DNA of 64,000 nt from Mytilus californianus (Eukaryota), in the NCBI RefSeq assembly GCF_021869535.1, contig NW_026262582.1, positions 38,378,001 to 38,442,000 on the forward strand, read 5' to 3'. A program made the translations under genes and the position numbers. Under the pieces are notes generated by a model. The model searched no databases. It was not told where the DNA came from and saw nothing but the letters and a program-made list of their open reading frames with translations. Of the stretch, positions 25,013 to 37,071 are shown piece by piece (the first letter of the stretch is position 1; each line of letters begins with the position of its first letter).

Positions 25013-26400
25013 AAATAAAATTGAGAATGGAAATGGGGAATGTGTCAAAGAGACAACAACCCGACCATAGAACAGACAACAGCAGAAGGTCACCAACAGG
25101 TCTTCAATGCAGCGAGAAATTCCCGCACCCGGAGGCGTCCTTCAGCTGGCTCCTAAACAAATATATATACTAGTTCAGTGATAATGAACGCCATACTAAA
25201 CTCCAAATTGTACACAAGAAACTAAAATTAAAAATAGTACAAGACTAACAAAGGCTAGAGGCTCCTGACTTGGGACAGACGCAAAAATGCGGCGGGGTTA
25301 AACATGTTTATGAGATCTCACCCCTCCCCCTATACCTCTAGCCAATGTAGAAAAGTAAACGCATAACAATAAGCACATTAAAATTCAGTTCAAGAGAAGT
25401 CCGAGTCTGATGTCAGAAGATGTAACCAAAGAAAATAAACAAAATGACAATAATACATAAATAACAACAGACTACTAGCAGTTAACTGACATGCCAGCTC
25501 CAGACTTCAATTAAACTGATTGAAAGATGATGTCTTCATCATATGAATATCAGGCACAATCCTCCCCGTTAGGGGTTTAGTATCATACCATCATAACATA
25601 TATGAGAAGAACATAACCCGTGTCATGCCAACAACTGGTTTTTAAATAATTGTGTTGAGTGCCGATGCAAAGACCCTATAAGTGAATCAATATAAACGCC
25701 AAAATATGCAATCTTTAATGACCTGACAACAGTATCGTAACTATATCCCTTCTTAATAAGTCTATTTAAAGGTTTTGTTAGCTTCAGAGGTGAAAACTGA
25801 CATTTTTGTGCTTTATAAAGAATATTTCCATAAAAAATTGGATGTGAAATACCTGAACGTATAAGAAGTCTGCATGTTGAGCTATATTTACGAATGATGT
25901 CCTTATACCGATGATAAAATTTAGTAAATGTTTTGACTAGTTTGTGATATCGAAAACCCTGGTGTAATAATTTTTCAGTAATACATAAATTTCTCTCGTT
26001 AAAATCTAAAACATTGTTACATACACGAGCGAATCGTACAAGTTGAGATATATAAACACCGTAAGATGGTGACAAGGGAACGTCACCATCTAAAAATGGA
26101 TAATTAACGATAGGAAATGAAAAATCATCTCTTTTATCATATATTTTAGTATTAAGCTTTCCATTAATGATATAGATATCAAGATCGAGGAAAGGGCAGT
26201 GGTCATTGTTAGTATTAGCTTTATTTAAAGTAAGTTCAACAGGATAAATTTCTTTAGTATACATACTGAAGTCGTCATTATTGAGAGCCAAAATATCATC
26301 CAAATATCTAAAAGTATTATTAAATTTGTGTATCAGATGTTGTTTCGATGGGTCTTTGCTGATTTTTGTCATAAATTGTAACACATAGCAATACAAAAAA
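25013..26400 (-). mobile_element. 5'-truncated Penelope-like retroelement (RT C-terminal half plus about 600-bp 3' UTR)
   Basis: Contains the RT ORF below. The UTR ends ccccatttccattctcaattttattt on minus. Truncated UTR copies occur at 16845, 23810, 54368 and 63243. Confidence 0.85.
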
Positions 26401-26408
26401 AAATACAT
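25623..26408 (-). CDS. Penelope-like reverse transcriptase, C-terminal about 255 aa, uninterrupted
   Basis: FRYLDDIL (YLDD at 26295-26306), CPFLDL, TKIYDKRDDFSFPIVNYPFL, YGVYISQLVRFARVC. The ORF ends with no downstream GIY-YIG. Confidence 0.85.
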   Translation of the reverse strand: MYFFLYCYVLQFMTKISKDPSKQHLIHKFNNTFRYLDDILALNNDDFSMYTKEIYPVELTLNKANTNNDHCPFLDLDIYIINGKLNTKIYDKRDDFSFPIVNYPFLDGDVPLSPSYGVYISQLVRFARVCNNVLDFNERNLCITEKLLHQGFRYHKLVKTFTKFYHRYKDIIRKYSSTCRLLIRSGISHPIFYGNILYKAQKCQFSPLKLTKPLNRLIKKGYSYDTVVRSLKIAYFGVYIDSLIGSLHRHSTQLFKNQLLA

Positions 26409-26788
26409 ATATATTCTGGCCCAAATACATTTTTGTAATCATTTACAATGGTATCAACAATAAACAAAAAATCCGGAAAGAAGTATTATCAGTTTTTGTT
26501 TTGATGGATATACATGAACGTTCCCCTTACTTTTCGCCTAATAAAAATATAATTTCGTTCATGAAATCTTAAATAGTAAAAAAAAGAAAAGAAATTCTCG
26601 CTAATTTTACAATTTTGGATAATGATAGGCCTACTCCTCTTGTCGTGGACCCACCCTCGATTGTAATGGTATTTTATTGTATGTGTATCTTATAAAAAGC
26701 TGATCTGTATCCCAACAGATAAATTAATTTACGGTGTGAAAAGTTGATGCTGACGGATGGCGAAAAGGGGCATATTTGGAGTCAATTG

Positions 26789-26914
26789 CAGGGACGGATC
26801 CAGCCATTTTAAAAAAGGGGAGCGGGGCTCCAACTATATATATCCCCATTTAAATGCATTGTTCGTCAAAAAGGGAAGGTCCAACCCCCAGACCCCCTCC
26901 CGGATCCACCCCTG
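26789..26914. mobile_element. Short TIR MITE
   Basis: cagggacggatcc (26789-26801) / ggatccacccctg (26902-26914), 11/13 inverted match. No TSD is visible. Confidence 0.6.
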
Positions 26915-28523
26915 ATTTTGGGGATGGTCAGAAAATATATTCTTGCCCAGGCGGAGTGAACATAATAATAGGCCGTCTTCATGTTGGAAATAGATATGGA
27001 AATAAAGATATTGACCTCATCAAATTTGCTAGCTAGCCCAACCCCACCCAGCCCCTTCCAACTACATGGTCGTCCGCCAACAAATTGCTGCTAAGCCCTC
27101 TTGCTGATGGTTAAATTTCGTATCATGTAAGGAAATACGGCAACTGGACGTCAAATGTCGATATATGGCATCACATCTTGATGATCATGAGGTAACATTG
27201 GAGAGCTTGCAAAAATTAAAATATATAATATTTGGTCTTTTATTTGAAAGAAATGCTGTAATGAATAAGTACTTGCATATATAGATCAATAGTATAACAA
27301 CTGAGGAGTCCCGGAAACAATCTCGATATGTTCCAAAAGGGGTGCGATACGGGGTATGCGATACAGGGTAGATGATTTCAGACTGGAGTAAAGAACCTTT
27401 ATCAGATATACAAAATTTCTGTAATCAGTACTAAATATATGATAAAATCGTATATTGCAGGCACTTCCGTGTTTTATTTTTTGGGTACGTTTTTTTTCAG
27501 TTTTGAAACCAATAAATCGGAGTTTACCTATATACAAAAAATGCAGGGAAAAGTATTACACATATGAGAGCAAAACATTGCTGTGTGATATATACACTGC
27601 ATACATGTATTCAGATAAGCAGTTAGTCTGAAGCTGGCATGTTAGCAACTACTAGTAATTCTTGCTAATGTAATGTAATGTGTGCTGCTTTCTCTAAAAT
27701 CATCATCGTTGGTTAATTGTATAACTAGATGGTATACATGTATTTCTCAGGACGAATGCACAAACTTCTCGTAAATTTTCTATTACAATCAATTTTGATA
27801 ATTCAATTAAGTTTTGATAATTCAAATAAGGAATAACTTTTTGTAAATTTTAGCTTGATTCAGAATTGCGGAGCTGGAAAACTGAAACTTGTAAAAAATA
27901 TATTATATGTACAGAGAAATATTTTATTATATTTGAATCTAATTGCTACCATAAGTAAACGAATTTGGATCTGTAACGATAATTTTGGTCTAAACAACTG
28001 GATTGTTAAAGACTACTTAAAGTGATTTTTAGTCTTTCAATCTAGTGCCTCATCATTTGTTTTAGTTGTAGACAATTACACCATACTTAATTGTGTGAAA
28101 TGTATCTTATAAGTACTGGGTTGATTTCAAGCAAAGTGAACACGACTGAACAACTTTATTTTTCAAACTTTCACATGATTTTCAGATAACTTGGTTTCAT
28201 GGCACATATCCAAGCATTGAACGTCCTTATTATAAGCTACTATTTTTTTCAAAGAAAAACGAAATTGATTTGTTGACTTGGTTTCATTTTCTTTTCATAT
28301 GTTTTGGGTAGATGAACGCCCTATACGCCTTTCTTAACCCGCCGCTGATTTATCCCCGCCCCTTTCTCATGGGTTCCTTGTTTATTAAGGATTTGTATAG
28401 CAATATATACCTCACTATACAAAGCCTTGGTTCAATTTAATTGTATCTCAAGATATTTTGTGTATTAAAAACAAATATTTTCGTATTAAAAACAAATATT
28501 TTGGTACGAAAGACCATACAAAC

Positions 28524-29416
28524 CACAGGCACACGTCTCAGAAAAAAAAATTCCTATATATATACCTTAATATAACACAAGGTACTTAACTCGCATTTTT
28601 GAAAAATGTCAGCCGGTCGCAAAATTCCGTTATATGCCGATTTCTCGGTTGTCAACCCCACTTTAACTTGTTATGTCGTAAATTTAAATTGATTTATCTT
28701 CACAATTGTGTATAACAAGCCTACTTTTGTTGTTGGAATCATCCGTAGCAATCCTACCCAAGTATGTCAATCGTAATTATTTCGTCTACCGACGCCAAAT
28801 TGGAAACAAACGTCTCGCAGTAAAAGGTATCTTCCCACTTTCTTTATATATCTCGGTTTTCGATTGGTCAATTTTTATGGGAAAGTCTAAATGATTCTCG
28901 GAGTTATTTGATCTTATTTCATTTCATACATAAAGTCAAGTGAGAGTCTGAATGACATTAACGTAATGGGAAAATTTGTGTCTAAAAAAGGAAACTCGTA
29001 ACTTATTAGACATTTTTTTTTTACGGTATCTTATACAATTTTGCTAACTGGGTGATAAGTTCTTTTTCAGACAAAAACTAACAGTTTTTTCTGAAACAAT
29101 TTTTATAATTAATCAATTACTGCGAGATTTGTGTTTCCAATCTGACGTCGGTAGACGAAATAATTACGATTGACATACTTCGGTAGACCTGATACAGATT
29201 ATTCTGACAACAAAAGTAGGCTTGTTATACACCATTGTGTAGAAAAATCAATGTAGAATTACGGCATAACAAGTTTTAGATAGGTTGACAACTGAGAAAT
29301 AGACATACAACGGAATTTCGCAACCGGCTGACATTTTTCAAAAATGCGAGTTAAGTACCTTGTGTTATACATGTATTAAGGTATATGGGATTTTTTTTCT
29401 GAGACAAGTGCCTGTG
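28524..29416. mobile_element. 893-bp non-autonomous DNA transposon with about 300-bp TIRs and perfect 8-bp TSD
   Basis: 28524-28822 is inverted at 29117-29416. Ends CACAGGCAC / GTGCCTGTG. TSD atacaaac at 28516-28523 and 29417-29424. Confidence 0.9.
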
Positions 29417-29618
29417 ATACAAACATACATAACTCGTTATTGACAATATATTTGTAATGATGCACCTACTATGGTACACGCAAATTGGTTAGCTACATTG
29501 TCTAAAAGTATCTTTGATTTCTTTATTTATCAGCACAAACACACAAGCAATTTAAATATTAGCGTCGATTCAGTCAAATCACCTTTGGAAGATTTAGATA
29601 GTTTCCCATTAATCAAAA

Positions 29619-29713
29619 GGGAATTCCCACTGAAAACGAAAGTAATTCGAATGTGCCTGTGCTGATACAAAACAAAGACACAGTTCTGTTCAAAACAAAA
29701 AGGATACGTAAGT
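29619..29713 (+). promoter_or_regulatory. Candidate immune promoter of copy 4: NF-kB + ISRE, then first-exon donor
   Basis: GGGAATTCCC 29619-29628; GAAAACGAAAGT 29632-29643; GTAAGT 29708-29713, at the position paralogous to the donor at 20176. Confidence 0.55.
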
Positions 29714-30620
29714 TAAATCAAACAATCATATTTATAATAGAAAAGTACAACTTCTAATGATAAAGATGGCAATACAACTCGTTTGTTTACATTGGTAACC
29801 AAGTTCATTTAAAGAAGCTTACAAACCACAATTCCAAAAAAAGTATCCTTTAAAGAATGTATGTTATGATTAATTGAAAACTACATGAAATGGAATATTG
29901 AGGTGTTTTAATATTGACATTTTCAAGAAAGACGTTATTCGTTGCTGCATTATGATGAAAAGAAACGAAAAAAAAAAAACCACACAAAAACTAAAGCTGT
30001 GGTCATATACCAATTTTCCTTTGAATTTGCTTAGTTACCTAACTTCAAAAGTGACAGTGTTAATCTCTGATCAATACGAATCGATGTTTTTGATAATTTT
30101 TTTGATATTTCTCTGACTTAAGGCACGTATTTTTTATTCTTAATAATGTCCATTATTTTTACTATTGGATTTTTTTATTTCGATATTAAGATAACAGTAG
30201 TTTGCGTATATCATTGTACCATTTTTATTTTCTTTTTCCCAAATTTTTAGACATTCTTACTCATCTTTTTATTCCAACTGTAGTATGTAATGGTTTATTT
30301 TTTACACAAAATATTTATTCCTGGAAATTTTTAACACTTTTTATCTTGAGATATATTTTGTTGGTAACACAAACTATCAACCAGTTGTCGTATTTAATGT
30401 GGAGAACTTGGGGTACTGTAATTGTGTTACATTTAGTTTTTGAAACCATTCACGATTTCTTCTTTTTTTCTTGACGAAAAAGCTTATAGATACTACTTTT
30501 TTTTCTGCAGCTATTAGTTATCTGATAAGAAGTTGAGGCATTTCAGAGTGAATGATCCGGCTTTAAAAGACTAAAAATGTTTTGAAATGATTTTTTTTGA
30601 AAAATGTCATTAGTTAAAAT

Positions 30621-31489
30621 TAGAGATGTCAACTCGGTGATCATAAACCAATCGAGTACTCGTTGTATTTACCGAGCGATACGCGAGTACTCGCTCGGTA
30701 AAACATTAACAAAATTTGAAACTCAAAATTATGCCCATTTGAGGTATCGTTGGTCGTTGTCTTATCATGCTTATAGACGTATAAACCTCAACATTATTAC
30801 CTAGGACTAGATAATAGTCCACGGTATTTTATACCATAATAAATAGCTCATTTACAACATGTACTAATTATGTAAACTGGTAATACTAGTAATCTAATCA
30901 AGTAATTAATTAATATCTATAGAAAAATAATTACTCAAACAACAGTAGTTGGGAACCTTAAAAAACAGATTTAATAATCAACAAAGAGGTGATGATTAGA
31001 ACTTACTATAACAGTCTCTCTTATACTGATGCCTTTAATCATTTTCTGAGGTCGACACAGGGATTTGTTCTTATTTAACAGTTTTATCGTGCCAACTTTT
31101 TCTGGGACGAGGCGATTTCTTAACATTGTTTGGTAACTAACAGTCCTGCTGATGAAAATACACGTTCTGACGGTATAGAGCCAGGGTGATGACTAAGATT
31201 AGCTAAAAGTGTAAGATTTGGAAAGTGCTCTTGTTCATAGCCTACCTCTGTTGGGGCAGTATTTTAAATGACAGTTAAACGCAAACATTCGAATGGTATT
31301 TTTATTTCTATTTATTTGGATTAATATCTTATTTTCCGGGAGGCGCTCTCAATGAATATATTTTATGTTTAAGCTTAAAAAAGGAACAACATTCAAACAG
31401 GATACCGATTAGTCGAGTATCATTTTGGTATTCGATACTCGGTACTACCGAGCGATAATCGAGTACTCGAGTACTCGTTGACATCCCTA
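30621..31489. mobile_element. Non-autonomous hAT (Ac-like) element
   Basis: TIRs tagagatgtcaac / gttgacatcccta (12/13). 8-bp TSD gttaaaat / gttagaat (7/8). Subterminal cgagta repeats at both ends. Confidence 0.85.
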
Positions 31490-31624
31490 GTTAGAATACT
31501 ATTTATGTTTACATTTAACCGAAAATTATTTACAGACCATTTCAGGCCAAAGAAGTCCGCCACTGTTCATACTTTAAGTGAATGACTTTACTGCAGACGC
31601 CATTCTTTTTTTTATTCTTACAGA

Positions 31625-33282
31625 ATGACGGACAGTAAATTCTGTGCTAATTGTCAGTGTTTTGATAAAGACACAAAAGCCGTATCATGGTGCAGTAATT
31701 GCATTGAATTTGTATGAAAGGTGTGTTCCAGTGCTCACGAAATAATGTTCCCGCCTCACAAGGTAGTACCATTGCAACAGATGCAACAACTCAGTTCTTC
31801 ACTTCTTATATTGTCAAAGAACTGCGACAATCATTCAGATCAAAAGATTGTGCTGTACTGCTGTCAACATGACAAGGTAATCTGCGTTTCATGTGTACCG
31901 GTATCACATCGTAATTGTACGACCGTGTCCATTGAAAAAGCTGCTAGAGGCGTAAAAGATAGCACCGCTATTTTTTATCTAGAGAGAAGGATTTCTAACC
32001 TCTGTCAGGTTACAGAGAACATACGGAGTCAAAATGAGACAACACCTGTAGATTTAGAAAAAAATCGAAAAACAATCAAGTTAAAGGGTGTCGGAATTAA
32101 AGCAGACCATTATTGCTTATTTAAATACGTTAGAAGCAGCGATACATAAAGACATTGATTGCCATTATAAAAACTGTACTGAGAGTGTGGCCCGAAAGAA
32201 AAAATAGTATCCAATCCAGCTTAGACTCGCTGTCTACATGGAAAAGTGATATAACATCACTGAAGGAACACACATCTGAAATCCATTTATTCCAGTTCTT
32301 AAAATTTCTAGATGCAAATACATACCAGAAAGAATTGGAAATCAGAGAAATCCAAACAGCAGCTGTTCCGATACTCCGATATCATCCATCAGAATAAGAG
32401 TCGAACATTAAGAAACTATTCCTAGACTTGGGTACAATAACGGTAGAAAATGTTCAAGTACCAAAGCCTTTACTAGATATCGATCAACAAGGTCAATTTC
32501 TCGTTAGAAACGACAGAAAGTTATCACTAGCACATTCATTCAAAATCACGAAATTAAGTAAAAGAGTAAGTATTCCCAGAGGATGCTTTATTTCTGAGGA
32601 TAAGTTACTCATGTTACTCCTCGGTCACAACAATGACGAACAACGTTTTGTTTGTACACGTGATGGATCGAACTCCAACGTGATTGATTTAGATTATTCA
32701 TCACGAGATATAAGCTTATATGACAAAAACCATGCTTTAGTATCTGTTGGTGATTCAGGTATCCAGATTATCGACCTGACAGCATTGAAGCCTGGTAGGA
32801 TAATCAGAGTTGAAGGAAACTGTAGAGGAATCACCAGTGTAAAGGACAAGATCTGGGTAAAAAATCAATCTTAAGTTCTAACCATTATGAATATCAATAG
32901 TAAAGTTCTAAATACAATACAAACAACATTTAATCCTTATGAAATCTGGGCCAATCAAGATGGTGATGTCTATTGTACTGACAACAATAGTGTTAAAGTA
33001 TACGTTGTTACATCGGATGGAAAAGAACGTGAGAAATACAACCGTCCTGACCTGAAAAGTGCTAATGGTGTAGCTATAGATGACCAAGGTGATGTGTATG
33101 TAGCAGGATATATATCAAACAAAATACATAGAATATCTTACAATGGAAAGAAACATGGCATTGTCCTGACAGCAGACGATGGTATCAATGGACCGAGCGC
33201 TATATCTTACAACAATGAAACAAGAGAACTGTTAGTTTTTAACGACGGTTCGCAATGTTTCAACATCTATAAAACACAATGA
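31625..33282 (+). pseudogene. TRIM-like gene copy 4, pseudogene
   Basis: Acceptor ttcttacag before ATG 31625. TGA at a Cys codon 31715-31717, +1 near 32085, +1/TAG at 32205-32207, TAA 32395-32397, TAA 32872-32874. Confidence 0.85.
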
Positions 33283-35402
33283 ATACTAGCTAAGAGGCAC
33301 TTACTTAGTTAGTATGGATGGTTACCCTAAAGATAAACAAAAAAGTTTTTATATCTTAATGAAAAAATTGATATAAATATAACCGGGTTTTCAAATATTT
33401 ATTGAAACTTTTTCAGATTTACCTTTATACTGACAAATTGAACCATACCGAAATGATTAAATAATATTTGATGGAAGTATCTAACTAAATCTGAAGTCTT
33501 ATCAATATGAGACCTTTTTTCTTAAATACTACGAATTAGAAAATCTAGAAAAATATTTTGATTTGGACTACATTTTTGTATTTATACATTGCAAGTAATT
33601 TTTCAAACTTGCACACAATGCAAAACTAGAGCACTGTAGCGGATGGGTTTAAATATATATTGATAGGCTTTTTGTACTAGTTGTAAGTAATTTTTCAAAT
33701 TTGCACACTGAGCAAGAGAAGGACACTATAGCGGATGGGTTTGCATATTTCATTCCATTCTATTTCAGTTCAGGAAAGACCAAAATTGTGAGTCAGTGAT
33801 TTGGAACTTTATAATAAGACCAAATATTAAAAAAAAACTTTATCTACATGTTCCTTAGGGAATCAAGTTCAAAATGATATTCGGTGATTTGATACATCAG
33901 TAAACATGGCACCAGTTGTTAAAAATAGAAATAAAATGCTGATTTGTTTTTAATTAGTTTTATTATTTTAAATTTTGAAAAAAAAACATAGAGAAATATG
34001 TTAAGGGGGAAATTCAGTAGTATTACCCTTATGGTAATTGGTCAGACTTCGTTACTTTATTATCAAAAGTACATCACCATCATAAAAAAAATGCTTGAGA
34101 AGAGCTCTGAGGAAGAACGACTAAAATCGAAATCACATTGTCTCCATCACAAATTATTTGCTCGATTCCATAAGACTGTATCGCAATATACTATCGACAT
34201 GTTTCCGGAGTCTTAGATCTTAGAACATTTTAGCAACAGTGTTTTCCTGCAATGGGATTATGTACAGTTTGTTCCTGATTTTTATCAACATTTATCTTTC
34301 TGTAATGTGATGACTTTGCTGACAAAAAATATTACGGAACGATAGGAAAACAACAACAAAAAATCGTGATTTAGCACAGAAATTTTGTGAAGACAATGGT
34401 GGGTTTAACCTGGTTTTATACCTGCTATATCTCCCATATGTATTAAAATTGTTTATAGTTCCGTTACATCGATTCAATTCAATTCAATTGAATTAGCGTA
34501 ACGGAACTATAAACAACTTTTATTTGAATCAATTGTGTGAACAATTCAAAGAGACATAATTTGTACAGTTCACTTATTGCGTACAAAAGCCGAAGGGTTG
34601 AGACTTTAACAATTTAGTTCAACCCGGCCGCCTTTTTATGTACCTGTCCTAAGTCAAGAACCTCGTTGTGAATCGTATATCACATCTTAATGTTTTTCGT
34701 TATTTTGATAATCATGTTTTAACGGCAATGTGTGATTATTTCTGTTTAATCTTTTGAGCCTGCTAGATTTAAGTTGGCATTGCATTGAATTTGTATAATG
34801 TTGAAGGTTGACTTATGCCGCCTTTTGAATGTTTCTTTTGTTTGTTGTTTTTCTTAGGGGGTGACATATTGTTATTCTACGTTTCTTTTTTTTCTTTTTC
34901 TTATTTTTCTTTTTCATTGATTTGATTTAATTCAATGGCCATTGGATTGATATTATTTATCTCTTTTATTGGCGTTACTTTTTTTTTCTACAGAAAATAA
35001 TGCCCATTAATCTATTGAAGAGAGGACTATTTCAGTCAAATTAATCTTTGTTTTAATTGCATATTTTACAAAACTATCATTTTTTTTCTGACAAAAAGTA
35101 ATGAGTGATTTTAATGGATTCATGAGATTTAATGGTTTGTTAAGGTGAGAGGTACGTAAATGAACGCCTCTAGCGGAAAACGGGAAAATTTACGTTTGTT
35201 GTTATGAGAGTTATCTCCCGTACTCCAGAAAAATATTTTCAAGATGTCGGAAGATATTCCGCTTCTTCGGAATAATGGTCAATTCGGTGGAATGCACCTC
35301 ATCAAATAATAACAAAAATGGAAGTATGTAAATGAAATTTCTTTTCCGGGTTAAACATTGCTTTCCTCGAGCGCCAGCAATGAAAATGAAAGTAAATTGG
35401 CA

Positions 35403-35659
35403 TGTCGTGATGGTCGGAGAGTGATTGAGTTTGGTTTACTAGCTGACCAACTTAACGCTTGCAAGAACTGTATGCACCATTCGTTCTACAAAACTGTTTA
35501 AAAAACAAAGAACTGGTCTCGGAAGTATTTTGTATATACCTTGTGGTAAGTGTTCATACATTAACTTAACATGCATAATAAACGCTGGTAAACGGTACAT
35601 ATCAGAGACTTTAAAAATCTGTAATGTTGATATGGGACGTGAAACCAAATTTAGCATCG
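35403..35659 (+). pseudogene. Degenerate Mutator-like transposase N-terminal exon fragment
   Basis: CRDGRRVIEFGLLADQLNACKNC then, after a frameshift, TGLGSILYIPCGKCSYIN...GKR...ETKFSIG|gtaag. This resembles the recalled motif GRRIVELG.LA..L..C..C...GL.S.LYI.C..C. Confidence 0.5.
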
Positions 35660-37071
35660 GTAAGAATATAATAAACATTTGAATTACACACATACACTCG
35701 CACAATAACAAATTAAAGCTTACCCTATCACGTTTTATTTTTCATGTTATATATTGATATTCCATAGCAAATAAAGTCACAGATAATGTGATATACATTA
35801 GCATACAAAGAAATAAATTTATTTCTCAAAACAACTGTGAAAACAAGGAGATGTTCAATCCTCGACAAAAAAGGAAACATACTTTTGTATGCTTAATACT
35901 GATATTCTTGATTTGATAAAGATGTTAAAGAAATTAAAAAGATGTTAACTGTGTCAGCAGAAATAACTCTAACAAAAAAAAGTGTTCGGTTTAGCAGGGT
36001 CAGTTTCCAAGTTGCAATAAATGTAAATTATCATCTATTAAATATCTTATTGACCTGTTAAAAAGTGTGGTTGGAGATGAAACAAATAATTCTAAACAAA
36101 ATGTTCCCAGAAATTAAAGGTCTTCACTTCTTTTAATTCCTATCTGTTGACAAGAAAGTGAAAGACAAAATAGATATTCCCGATGTAAAAAAGTCACTAT
36201 TGTTGTAAGAAGATAACCTTACACTTATGTTATAAGAACATGAACTTTGAACTAGTTAAATATGACAAAAAAAAGGGAAATAATCAGTAAATTGTGGTTT
36301 ACATGAAACCACTTACTGCGATATATAAATGTATACTCAACACATATTCAATAAATACATTTGTACTTTCTAGATAGCTATAAAACCAGGTTTTAACTAA
36401 CAATTCGTCGTAAAATGTCTGTACCAAGTCAGAAATATATCAGTTGTTTTTCCCTTGTTCTGTTGATTGGTAGCATTTGATTTTGTCAGTTTTTAAGGAC
36501 TTCCCCTTACTCATGTTACTTGTGTTATACTTTTTCACTTGAATCAAGGGAGATGCTTACCTACTTCCGGTAAATTTAATACCATTTCAAGTTTCATATA
36601 ACGTTATTCTATCCTGAAAAATATGGCTTCAAGTAAGTATATTGTGACAAGGAGAAACTTAGCTTCTTTCGATTTATTGTAGGTCACTTCCTATATCATA
36701 CGATCGTTCACTTTTCATTACAAAAATATATGGCACTTTCTTGAATCAAGAATACAAAACTGCTTTCGTTGTATTAAGGTCACTTTTATATGACCTTCCA
36801 CACCTCCCAACGTTATACACGAGACCCACCGGCTTTGTCATGCCTCATTATACGGTTATAATCAAAACATCTTTAGATAAAACACTATACGTTAGATAAA
36901 CCTCAGAAGATTTCGTAGCATCCTTTTGGAAAAACTTATCAAATTTTAATCTCAATTAACAAACCATTTTGCAACAGTCTTTTACACCTATTGTTAATGC
37001 ATTCAGCAGAAATGCAAAAGCAAGCAAATGTCAAAATTTAGAACAATGACTATCGACCTTTACTTTATTTG

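Noticed and set aside
31715-31717. TGA at a Cys codon as possible selenocysteine
   Set aside because: Copy 4 has several other stops and frameshifts, and no SECIS was identified.
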